Shown here: piece by piece, positions 35,601-46,800 of the stretch | Position numbering within the stretch: the first letter of the stretch is position 1 | Layout of the letters: each line of letters opens with the position of its first letter | Assembly: GCA_964019425.1 (NCBI GenBank) | Contig: OZ025784.1 | Span: forward strand, 558,001-622,000 | Direction of reading: 5' to 3' | DNA length: 64,000 bases | DNA from: Flectonema sp. DT1601 | Taxonomy: Eukaryota | Translations under genes and position numbers: made by a program | The notes under the pieces: generated by a model | What the model saw: only the letters and a program-made list of their open reading frames with translations | The model's database searches: none | What the model was told of the DNA's origin: nothing

Positions 35601-37856
35601 TTTATATTCTTGTTCTGCTGCTTGTGTGCATGCCTGCATCGAATCGAGAGCGTCAGAACTCTTTTGAAGAAGATGTTTTAGCTTTGCGATGTCTTCATCT
35701 TTTTCATGACAGGCTGCTTTAAATGATGAAATCGTCTCATCTCTCTCACTTAGTTGTTTGCTGACATCCTCAAGTCTCGTTGAAATCCAACTTAATGATT
35801 CCTTTGTGTTGTGAAGTTCCATGTTTGCCTGAAGGTTATTCTCATTCAGCTTCTCAGTTGAGTCCTTCTTTAACCTTTCAATAAACCCTTCCGCTGTATT
35901 AAGATCACTTCTGTATTGCTGCAATGCGTTCTCTGCCACTGCAGAAATAGCAGTCTGTTGGTTGTACTTTTCAGTTAGATCTGAGAGCTCTGCTTTTGTA
36001 GATTGACATTCTAGAGATAAGTGTTGGAAGTCTTCATTTGCTCGAGCATACATGATTTCTCTCTCTGCAACATGAGTTTTCAGTCGTTGGAGGTCATTTT
36101 GATGAGATTCACACTGAGTGTGAAGAGCAATATTAGTATCAGCAAGCTGTTGATCATCGAGAGAGTTTGCTTGTAATTGAGACATCGATTCCTGTTGTGT
36201 TGCTATGAGAGAGTCTCGGTCTTGGAGTTGTGCTTCCAATCGGCTAATAATTTTAATATTCTCAGATATTTCAGTCCTCATAGAACCGAGTTGGCGATCG
36301 ATAAGCTCATGGGTATTGCGACTGGAGTCTCGAAGGATGCTCTCTAATTTTTCTATTTCGATCTGCGACATGTCTTTCTTTTTCTTAAACTCATCAATGA
36401 CAGAAGACTGATGTGATATTTCAGCTGTCATTCTCTGATGTTCTTCTCTAGATTCCTCAGTGCGATCGTCGAGCATCTTTTGCAGCATCGTAACTTTAGC
36501 ATCGGACTCCACCTTTCCAATATCAAACAGTTTAACCTGTTGAATATGAGTTTCGATTGACCTCTGCATCTCTTCATCCTTTCTTGATAAATGAGATTGT
36601 AAGTGGTCTGTAAAACCTGATAATTGTCCCTTAAGAGTGTCCACTTCCTCTTCTTTTTCTTGCAATTTCTCTGCTGCTTCCAAGGCTTTCTTTTCCCTTT
36701 CATCAATCTTCTCCTGGAGAGAGTTCATAACGAGCATTCCCTTTTCCTTTTGCTCTGAGATGATCCGAAGTTTTTCTTCTCTTTCTTGGGCTTCAGCGAG
36801 GGTTTGTTTGTGTGCTAGTGATTGAGCTTGTAAGGAATCGGCTAGCTCTCGTACAAGTTCTTCTTTTTCAACGAGTTTTGCTTCGAATAAAGATGCTTCT
36901 TGGACTTCAGCTGTTTTCTTATCAACCATTAAGTGTGCTGATGCTAGGGATCTTTGGGTGTTTTTTAAGTGGTCCTGAAGTTCTTGGCATTGGATTTGCA
37001 ATACAGATCCATTATCCTTTAACGATGTGACTGTTTCTTTTAAGACTTGTATTTCATCTGTTTCTGTTGTAGAGGTCTCAGGTTGGTTTTGTAAAATTGT
37101 TTTTATGTTCAGTTCGAGTACCTCTTTTTCGTATTGTGCTCCTCTCAGATTTTTTTCATTTTCACTTTTTTCCGATGCAAGGATTTCATTTTGTTTCTCA
37201 GTCTCTTTTAGTTTTTCCATTGATGTGATTAGTTTACTCTGTGCACTTGTTAGTTCATTTTTATCAACCATCGTCTTCATCTGTTCTGTTAGCATTGAAA
37301 GGACTTCTTCTTTTATAATAAGTTCCTGTTCCAGTTCATGTTGTCTGTCTTCGTAACGTGTTCTCAGCATGTCAACTTGTTCTAGAGCTTGTAATTTTGT
37401 AACTACATCGATGTTCATTGCGTTCCATGTTGGAATGTCAGTGCCTGGTGGTGGTTGTATTCCACGTTGAGGTGATTGACAAGGTGATTCCACAGGTGTG
37501 ATGATAAGAGGATCTGAATAGTCAGTAGTCAGTTGTTGTTTTAACGAATGAACTTGACGACGAAGAGCTGCAGTCTCAATGACTGATGACTCGTATTTAC
37601 GAGCAATTCCTTCGATTCCAGACCTTTCAAAGTGAGGAGATATTTGCTCCTTAACAACAGTTGAGTTCATGCCTTCTGATTCATCAGCGTATGAATATGG
37701 AGGTGGTGGTTTTGGAGGCGTGATGCTTGGCACCCTGTTAGTTGATTCTGATAGTTGTTCATTTATTGTCGGTGATGGTGACATTTCTATCCCGTGTGAG
37801 AATGACGGACTTGGCTCCCGAGAAGGAGAGTGCGATCCCCCACCGTCGCACCACAT
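32649..37856 (-). CDS. Large coiled-coil protein; 4 exons, ~1535 aa
   Basis: Exons 37856-34386, 33921-33724, 33657-33511 and 33440-32649 join in frame. Intron 1 contains the microsatellite. Confidence 0.8.
33931..34343. repeat. (TTTG)n / (AAAC)n microsatellite, ~100 perfect units, intronic
   Basis: Directly visible; lies inside the GT..AG intron 33922-34385. Confidence 0.98.
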
Positions 37857-38225
37857 TTTTTTTGGTTTTTTTTTTTTTAAATCTTTTTAAAAAAAAAAAA
37901 ACAACATTATTTGATAATGAATACATCTCATTTCTATCATTCTACTCACAAAAAAACGTATTTTTTTTTATATATAAAAAAAAAACAAATAAAACAAAAA
38001 TACAAGTTTATTGACTCTAAATCTAATTGAGCAATCACACAGAAATGTGAAGCGAATGAACTCTTTAATAGAAACTAAGCTGAGATACCAATAGCCTGAA
38101 TTGAAACTTTTATGTTGACAGAAAAAGGTAAAAAAGTAGTCATCGAGAGGCGTTTAATACAAATACTGTAGAGTCGGAGTAGATTACCATTTTAGGAAAC
38201 CTCAGTAGGGTAGTTTGACTTAAAA

Positions 38226-39420
38226 CTATTCGATACGTAAACCCCGCCTCTGTCGATGTTGTTCAACGAGCTCTATGAGATCCTGGTAGGAGTTTGTTCG
38301 TTTGTTTTTACATTTGAAGTAAACAAGACGTCAACAAGTTTAAAATAAACAAACCAAACAAATCGCATACCTTATGACCTGCTCCTGTTCGGTAAACTAA
38401 TTTATTATTCTGAACTTGAAGATGCAGCAGTCTATCTCCATAACGGTATCTAGACCTACCAATCTTAGTAAGGTTAAGGTTTACTTTGTGTTGTTCATAC
38501 CATGCACGTGATAATTCAACTACCATGACGTCTATCAACTGACCAATCATTTCTTGATCAGGAGGTGGTGCGCACGCTCTGCTCATTCTATTTAGTAGTA
38601 ATGCTGCTTCCGTTTCTGATGATGAACTTCTAGCGGGTTGTCGATCTTGTTTTCTTTTAAAGTCACTCAGCTGCTCATCTTTGATACCACATTTAGTCTC
38701 AAGCATTCTAACCTCACTCCTCATGGATTCAATCTTTTCACGAAGGTCTTTTATTTCACAGTCTTGTTCTTTATTTATGGATTCCTGGAGGTATAGCTCC
38801 GTTTGAAGCATTTGTCGCTGCTCCTCAACCTCAGCATTCGGGTTAGCTTGAGCCAAACGCAACTGCTGAAGCAGCTCTTTATTTTCTTCTTGTAATTTTG
38901 TGAAAGATTCCACAACAATCTTTGATTTTTTCGATTCTTTCAGTAGTCTATCGTTTTTTTGTTGTGCGATTTCTTTGGCTTCTCTCTCTTTTCTGATGTT
39001 TTCAGATGCATTTTTTAAGACCAAAAGAAGATCAGTTATTCTGGTCTGTTGCTGATCGACGATAAGAACCAAGTCATCCTCAGCGTTATCACCATCACCA
39101 TCATCATCATCATCGTCATAGTGCTGATTTATAAATGTAGGTAGTGAAGACATCTCTCTCTGAATAGTTTCAGGACTCCCTCCGTCAATGTTCTCAATTT
39201 CATTTGAATCGTACGAACTATCATTCTGTGCTATGCTTGATGCTTGTGACAGCTCATAATAACTTAGCTTTCGGTCTGTTTTTATTTTTGGTGCAAATTT
39301 ATTAACATTTCTATTCACAGCACCTAAGGCTGTTCGCCTCTGAACTCGAGTAGTCTTCGGCCGGAGTGGAGGATGATTAGAAAACTCTTCCGATGAACTG
39401 CTCAGCGAAGTGTCTTCCAT
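38226..39420 (-). CDS. Coiled-coil protein with C-terminal GAR (Gas2-related)-like microtubule-binding domain; 2 exons, ~368 aa
   Basis: Exons 39420-38371 and 38282-38226. The spliced end LTKIGRSRYRYGDRLLHLQVQNNKLVYRTGAGHKDLIELVE resembles the GAR G.Y.FG..VRVGGGW..L..FL motif. Confidence 0.72.
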
Positions 39421-39908
39421 CCATCAATTTTTGTGTGAAAACTTATTTTTTTAAAAAAAAATAAAAATAAAATAAGAGGACATAAAAAGTTTATTTAGAT
39501 CAAAGGCGATACGAATGTAAGCATTGTATGCACTGTAGAGAGGGTACTTTGAAGAAACCTACGCATCAATACGCAAATAAACCTATCACATTAAAAAAAA
39601 AAAGAAATTACAAAGGGAGAGAGAGAAAAAGAAAAATAACTCAACATAACAATACAAGAGGCAATACCGCGAGACAAAAGCTTTAACAGAGAGATGATGA
39701 TATTTATACCAGTACTCGAATAGAAGAAATCTCTCTCAAGCGTTGCCAATTAAAAACGTTTTTTTTTTAAGTGCCTTTAAAAAAATAGCAATAATCTGGA
39801 CTATAAAAAATTATAAATAAAATAAATGAAAGACTATAAGGTTCGGGGAGGCTGATCCATTTCTATGTAATAATTGAGGAGTGTAGTGCATTCCCAGTGT
39901 GGGATATT

Positions 39909-41651
39909 TCATTTAAGCTCATTGTGAACTAATCCGTGATGACCAACAGTTACCAGCAGGTTTGCGGCTTCTGAAGCCTTGTGTAAGCCAGGTCGATTCC
40001 ACTGCTTCTCACCAGAATTATGAAGATAGAAAACATCACCGTAAGCTGACTGAACCAGCCTCCATCCATAAGGAAGTGGAAGGCGAAGGCAATCATAGGT
40101 TGGTTCAGGACCGTATCGTGATATCAACCGTTCAAACAGTTCTGAAGTACGACCAGCAAATAAACAAAGTGTAGGAACAACAGATGGCAGTTTATGAGGA
40201 CACATTAATGTGATATAATTCAAAAGCCGATAACGAACAACAGGATCAAACCCAAGTCTGTTCAGCTCTTTAGTATTCTGGTTGATAGACAAGTCTGATT
40301 GTTGTAACGGAGTTGATAGTTTTGAGTAATAAACTTGAGTAGCATGTCTCTTACTTGATTCAAGCAACACCGGACTATTATCTTTGCTATAAATATCTGT
40401 AGGGTAATGAAAAGACAGATCACCATCAACTCGGTGAACGTCTCTCCAACAATTTCTACAAAGTCGCAGTGAGCAAGAGGGACAGAACCACAGAGCTGGA
40501 GGTGCTCTTCCTTCGCCTTTTAATTGCCTTTCAATGAAGCAATTATCACACGGCCACAGTAGTAGTTTTGGTTTGTGAACAGCCATACGATTATCTCTGT
40601 GAACATGAAACCAACATGGGACACACATCGTACTGTTCGAATCACACTCTAAGCACATCGCTACAGATGGTTTACTTTGGCAATAATTACAAATATTTCG
40701 CGGTGTTGAATTCTTTGCGGAGGTCAGTGAAATCGGATTGTGCCTACGGAAAGCGTTCCTTGAATGAATAACACTACTGCAAGATGAACACAACAATAAA
40801 GAGCAATCATCACATCTCACGTCAGCGATATTCTTACCACAGTCCTGACACCGTCCTCCTGATTCTCGTGAAAGAACAATATCCTTAATAGTAGTTGGGT
40901 ATGGCGATGCTTGCTGATTCTTTGTCGGAAAATTTTCCTCTTCCGATTCAGAAGAATTGTTACTACTTTTAACGGGTTTGTTTTTATTCTTAGAATGTGG
41001 TGGTGACGGCGATTTTTTTATTTTTCGTTTCGGTAATGGCTCGGGTTGCTGAGGTTCAGTTTCAGGTTCAGGTTCGGGATCGGCAACCACCGACGGCTCG
41101 GGTTCAGGTTCGGGATCGGTAACCACTGGCGGCTCGAGTTCAGGTTCGGGATCGGCAACCACTGGCGGCTCGAGTTCAGGTTCGGGATCGGCAACCACTG
41201 GCGGCTCGAGTTCAGGTTCGGGATCGGTAACCACTGGCGGCTCGGGTTCAGGCTCGACAACCGGTGGCTGAGACTCAGGATCAGCAACCACCAACGACTC
41301 CGGCGGCTGAGTAGCTTTCGACGACGAAGCACTCGACTTTTTTTCTATCACTTCACTCCCAGGTGCGGTAATTACGTCGGGTTGAATTACAGCCTCCGCA
41401 GGCTCAGCATACGGAGACACTATCGAGAGTTCCTCGTCCTCTGGGGTTGGTATTTCACTTGGGGGCATTACTAATGGTTTTAAACTACTTTTTGATGAAC
41501 TGCTAGAATTGTTAGCTTTTGGTGTCCCTTCCGTAGGCTCATCTTCAACCTGTAGCTCTTCGTGGTCAGATACTTCTGTGAGCTTCGTCTGATTCTCATT
41601 CTCTGCGTTGGATGATTTCTTACTTAGATTTGAACTGACACTTGAAGTCAT
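39909..41651 (-). CDS. Protein with Pro/Glu repeats, three B-box-type zinc fingers and a C-terminal WW domain; 580 aa
   Basis: Single ORF with three C..C...C..C..(L/M)C..C...H...H units and the WW-like LPLPYGW..GDVFY..GEKQWNRP. Confidence 0.85.
   Translation of the reverse strand: MTSSVSSNLSKKSSNAENENQTKLTEVSDHEELQVEDEPTEGTPKANNSSSSSKSSLKPLVMPPSEIPTPEDEELSIVSPYAEPAEAVIQPDVITAPGSEVIEKKSSASSSKATQPPESLVVADPESQPPVVEPEPEPPVVTDPEPELEPPVVADPEPELEPPVVADPEPELEPPVVTDPEPEPEPSVVADPEPEPETEPQQPEPLPKRKIKKSPSPPHSKNKNKPVKSSNNSSESEEENFPTKNQQASPYPTTIKDIVLSRESGGRCQDCGKNIADVRCDDCSLLLCSSCSSVIHSRNAFRRHNPISLTSAKNSTPRNICNYCQSKPSVAMCLECDSNSTMCVPCWFHVHRDNRMAVHKPKLLLWPCDNCFIERQLKGEGRAPPALWFCPSCSLRLCRNCWRDVHRVDGDLSFHYPTDIYSKDNSPVLLESSKRHATQVYYSKLSTPLQQSDLSINQNTKELNRLGFDPVVRYRLLNYITLMCPHKLPSVVPTLCLFAGRTSELFERLISRYGPEPTYDCLRLPLPYGWRLVQSAYGDVFYLHNSGEKQWNRPGLHKASEAANLLVTVGHHGLVHNELK
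41061..41305 (-). repeat. Coding 36-nt tandem repeat (PPVVADPEPELE), about 5-7 copies
   Basis: Near-identical adjacent units ttcaggttcgggatcgg(c/t)aaccactggcggctcgag with no unique spacers. Confidence 0.92.
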
Positions 41652-42676
41652 TATCCACTAACCATATGCTCCTGTTGACCTGTTTTGTGAATAAGTAAAC
41701 AATTAATTAGACTCACTCATCTAAGTCTTTTTTTTTTTTTTTTTTTTACAAATGGTTATAATCTCCTCATGTTAACTATTCAATTTTGTTACGTAAAATA
41801 CAAATGTGTTGTGTCAAATACAATAGGGGTGATAGGGCTTGACAATGTAGAAAACAGTAACAACTTTAGGGTATTAAAACAAAAATTAATATCAAAGTAC
41901 CTGACTGAAAAAGATATTCGTAGTTGCTAATCAAACAAAAGGTACTTCTAAAAAAAAAAAAAAAACACAAAAAAGGAAATATATTTTATCGTATTGACCA
42001 GGAGACGTTGTCGACTCGTACTATCAGGTTGAGCGTCCCATGCCCGCTTTGCTCGTTTCAACACTGTAGTGAAAAATTTCTCTTTTCTTTTTTTTTTTCC
42101 CCTTTCTTTTGAGGGTTTGTCTCGCACACAAAAATCGAATTCCAGTCGGCTTCGCTGAAAGGGAAAAGAAAACGAAAAACGTCGCCGACCGTGACTCCAA
42201 TTTAACTGGTTTCTGTACTATTGAAATCCAGCTGCTTTCCCATCTCTCCTTCCCTTTTCACGTTGCAGGAAGGTTTTTCGGAGCAAGCAGCTCTGGTGGA
42301 CGAGTTCAGGACGAGATAGATAAGGAAGTCCAATACATTGCATACTGTGCATCGCGAAATAAACTTAATTACATATAGTAAGATAATAAAACCTAATAAT
42401 TATAAATTATATTCGCTGGGGGCGGACCAACACTCTTAACTTTCGAACAATACTTGGAGTTGAATGCTTCTGTGTAGACACAGTGGAAGAGTAAACAATG
42501 GCCATCGGGGTAAACCTTATCACAGAATCAAAACGGCATGTACTGTAGGGATAGAGTTTTATTTTCTCTTCTTTACTTTCTTGTTAATATTTGTATATAA
42601 CTAAAGGAGAATTATCGTGCATCGGTGAATTCAAATATGGGGGAAGTGATTATTTTCTTTTGCTTTTTTCTCTTTT

Positions 42677-43362
42677 TTATGTTTCTTGTATTTTTCGTCC
42701 ATAACGAGATCTAACAAGACTGGTGGTTACACTACTGAGACCTGAAAGGTCAAGAGAAGTGACTTGTGAACAGGAATATAAGAAATCATTTCCAATAGTG
42801 GTTATTACTGAAACCTGAAAAAAGTCAAGAGAAGTGATTTGTGAACAGCAAGACAAGAAATAACCGGTGGTTACACTAGTAAGACTTGAAAGGTCAAGAG
42901 AAGTGACTTGTGAACAGAAACACAAGAAATAATCTCCAACAGTGGTTACACTACTAAGACCTGAAAGGTCAAGAGAAGTGATTTGGAAACAGGAAGACAA
43001 GAAATAATCTCCAATAGTTTTTACACCACTATTGGAGGAGACTTGAAAAGTCAGAGAAGTGATTTGTGAAGAAGACATTAAATCATTTCCAACAGTAGTA
43101 ACTTGTGAGATGGCTGTGATGTCGGAATTTGAATTACGGAAAGAAATCTGTTGGACAGCTGGAAGCAGCAAATCACCATGAATACTGATACAACTATCCT
43201 CTGTGAATGTAGGGATGTCTAGGTATAAGTATTCTTCATCGTGGTTTTTGATCCAATCAAGTATCTTCTCACATTTTGTATCATCAACACACGGGAATCA
43301 GCACCAGCCGTGACTGACACGGCGGCAAACCCCAAATCCGAACACTTCACAAAAACCTGCAT
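42677..43362 (-). pseudogene. Frameshifted BspA-type leucine-rich-repeat gene
   Basis: ATG at 43362 (MQVFVKCSDLG..) is out of frame with the LRR reading frame and no fitting intron was found. The ~25-aa repeats C.QITSLDLSGLSSVTT.G.YFL contain internal deletions. Confidence 0.6.
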
Positions 43363-43805
43363 TGTTTTTTGAGTAATTTCCTGAAGGACAAGAAGGTGTT
43401 ATTAGATTCTACAGAAAGTAACCTGACGAACTTATTCAACTCTTTTCAGAAGTAATAAACATGTGAATCAGGTCCTTGCTGTACCTATCGAGTAGAAACA
43501 TTTCTAGCGCTGGGAATACCTTATAGTTCAGATTGTCGATTACACATCATTATGCCTGACCACTTGATAAAAGGACATCTATACGAAGTTTATAAAAATG
43601 TTCCCCATCCACATCCATTCCACATCAATGTCAATCACCATGTACCTGAGTAAAGTAAATGAATAATAAAGAGATCGTATTTTATTTAATCTCCCTATTT
43701 ACTCTAACTATAAGCTGTTAGAAAAATCTAAGTAGGTTGTATCAAATTGAATGCGAACATTGAAGTTAGAATTCAGTATCCTCCCCCCACAGGGAAGTGA
43801 GTAAT

Positions 43806-46800
43806 TCAGATAGATGACCTCCAAATCATGTCTGCTAATTGAGCTGGTAGTAGATCTGTTGGACTAGTATTCTTTGTAATAGAAAGATCATTATTTGAGT
43901 TAAACAATGCAGGCTGTAAATTAAAATATTTATCTGGTCTCCTTTTAGCCTCCATACATTCTCCACAGTACGCTTCGAGTGCTCCATGTCTGCATAAACT
44001 AAGTTTAGGTTGTTCTTCTCGTTTATATGATTCCCAACCTTTGTTTTTACCAACACCAGCGAGGTCCCACTTGTTCTTAAAGAAAACTCTAACTCGTTGA
44101 CTTCCTGGTTCTACTCTGTAGGTGAACCCTTTGCAGTCGGGGAGGGTTAAGCAAAACTGTTTTGCCTCTTCTACAGTACATCTCTTCGATGGTCCAATGT
44201 CACCTCCTCCAGTAATGTAACCCTCGTAACGAGTTAGTAGAGACCCGTCTTGATTTTGTCTTTGTTCTTTCTTTGCTTGTCTTTCAGTTCGCAATTCCTC
44301 AGCAATCTCTTCACGTTCTAACTGCCTATCAGCAACACGTAGGTTGTACCTCCAGATGGTAGTCTCTAGTGATTCTACTGCAGCTTTGCGCTGTTTTAAT
44401 TGTTTTCAAAGAGTAAACTAGATCCAAAAGAAATAATAAAATAAACCTTAAATAAATACCTGAGGCTCTTGTACTGTGGTGACGGTCTTCATCTTAGCAG
44501 CTGTTGCTTCCACACGATCGAAGAGGATTTGACCAACAGAAACTTCTTCAGGTCGTAAGCTTAGCTTCTCATGATCACGACGATGAGGATGTCGATGTTC
44601 AAGTTTCCAACAAGTTGAACAGAGAGGTAGTTCACATGACTTACACCAATAAACAGCAGGTCGATTATCAGTACCGCTACACACACAACATTTCTGCATC
44701 AACAATTTTGGACTGGGACGCTCCGGAGGTACCGGAACCCCCGCTGCCTCAGCCTCCACAATATCATCTGCAGCTTCTTGTTGCTGGCGAAGGAGACATT
44801 TCTCGCAGATGTTTTGGGAAACTAGACCGTCTCCTCCTAACATTCGAGGCCAATGAAATAAAGCAATTTCCATAGAACATGAGTCACACAGTGCTCCATC
44901 AGCAGACTTAAAAGTGACATCCTCACTGAAGAATGGTTGTTCATAATAAGTTACCGTTTGAGCAAGAGTCGTCGCATAGTCCCAGTCTCCTTGAGGACCT
45001 CCCGGATAGGCGAATGTCCTTGAGTGCTGAGAGCGAATCGGGTTTTTGTGTTCGGCGTGCCAACACTTCTTGCAGAGAAACAGTCTGCAGACATCACAAA
45101 TCCAAAGTGCGGGTGTGCAAAGAGATTCGTCCTTCGAGGATTCGCTGTCGACATAACAAAAGTCGCAATGATGAAATAAAAGAGTCTTCCGATGATCTTG
45201 TTTATCAATAATACCCGCAGTCGGTGTAGTGTTGTCTTTATCATGAACGTGTTCTAAATCCCAGCATTCTTCACAGAGTTTTTCATCACACTGCGGACAT
45301 ACAAAAACTGCTTCTACACACTCATCATCTCCAGCATCACATCCTGTACAGATTCTATCGGCTGCAAACTCACCATCCCTCCATGAGAGTGGTTCTGCTT
45401 TGTTGATGATCATATCAGAAGTGACTTCTTCTTCAACACTTTCAGCCTTCTCGGAGTCCATTGATATTTCAACATTTAGTATTCCCTGTTTAGGTTTGGG
45501 TTTTAGTTTGGTTTGGCTGCTTATTTAGAAAAAAAAAGAAAATACACACCTTAGGTTGAAGAGGGTGAGTAACAGGTATGTGGGTGTGAGTTGCAGTGAC
45601 GGTATCATCCAGTGGTGAGGCATCACTAGGATGGATCAGCGGAAGTGGCCAACGTCTAGGATTATCAGTAGTCTCAAGAAGTATATAATTTGGTATAGTA
45701 AGAGAGACAGCTCCTAGAACAGTATCATCACTATCATGACGAAGGTCTTTAACAATATAATCGTATTCATCCATTTCGTCTTCTTCCTTTCTAGTGAATA
45801 CTGAAAACGTGAGTTGCAAAGGATGCTGTGCCAGTTTAGACCTGACCACTTCAATCTCAAACTTCTCTTCCCAAATAACATGACTCTCCCCAGACACTTC
45901 CTTTATACTTGAACTGCTACTACCGCTACTACTCGACGTTGTTATTACCTGTTCGTCAGAGTCACCATTAATAGGCGCTTCTGTGACGAAACTAACATCT
46001 GAATAGGCGACCTCAGTTCGAACTCTGGGTTCGGATGCTTTTTCTGGAAGATCTGCCCACAGGATTGTTAGATTAATAATCTTCGGTAACTCAGGCATCC
46101 ATGATATAGGATGAACTGTCAGTAAGTCAATAGGAAGAACGAATGTTTCGTCTTCTTTAAACGTAACAGATACAACGTGAGGTGGAGGGATTGATGCTTC
46201 CTCAGGGGCGAGGATGGTACCGCGAAGCTCTGCTGCCAGTGTGTCCATGTTTCTACGAAGATCTGATACCTTTGTTTCAATAGCACACGTAACGTTTCCC
46301 ACAAGTCCGATTGATTCTCTTCCACAATAGCTTCCTAATTGGAGATCATTTCTAACAAGGTAACGATATTCTTTGCGATCATCAAGTGAATCTAAAACAA
46401 AATCCTTCTCAGGAAGTGTCACATATTTCCCTGCCGAAACTCTACTTCTCCTATCAACCTCAGCATCTTTTGAATTAACTAATTGTGAGTATCGATGTCT
46501 TAATCTGTCATCTGCTTTGAAAGTTTCTGTTTGAATGGCGTCTTTCCATTTTCGAAGAGCGGGATGGGAATTTCCAAGTGTGTCTCTTTTTAAGAATTCA
46601 ACGTTGAGTTCATCTCCAGACCTGGAAACCTCTCCTACTAAAAATGATGTCAGCGGAGGAGAAAGAATCGAAGGAGTGGTATCACCTGATGCGTGTCGTT
46701 TTTGAAATGGAGTCAAATCGATTACCTCAGTCAACCCCCTCAGTCGGCATGTTACTTTTAAAACTCCTTCTCGTGCACTGAGAGTAGATGGTTGGGTAGA

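Noticed and set aside
41061..41305. 36-nt repeats resembling a CRISPR repeat length
   Set aside because: Units are directly adjacent with no unique spacers, in frame inside a eukaryotic CDS, with no cas genes.
42190..42300. Spliced-leader RNA gene
   Set aside because: Only the 3' ~15 nt resemble an SL exon, no GT donor follows, and there is no tandem array. Kept only as a possible relic.
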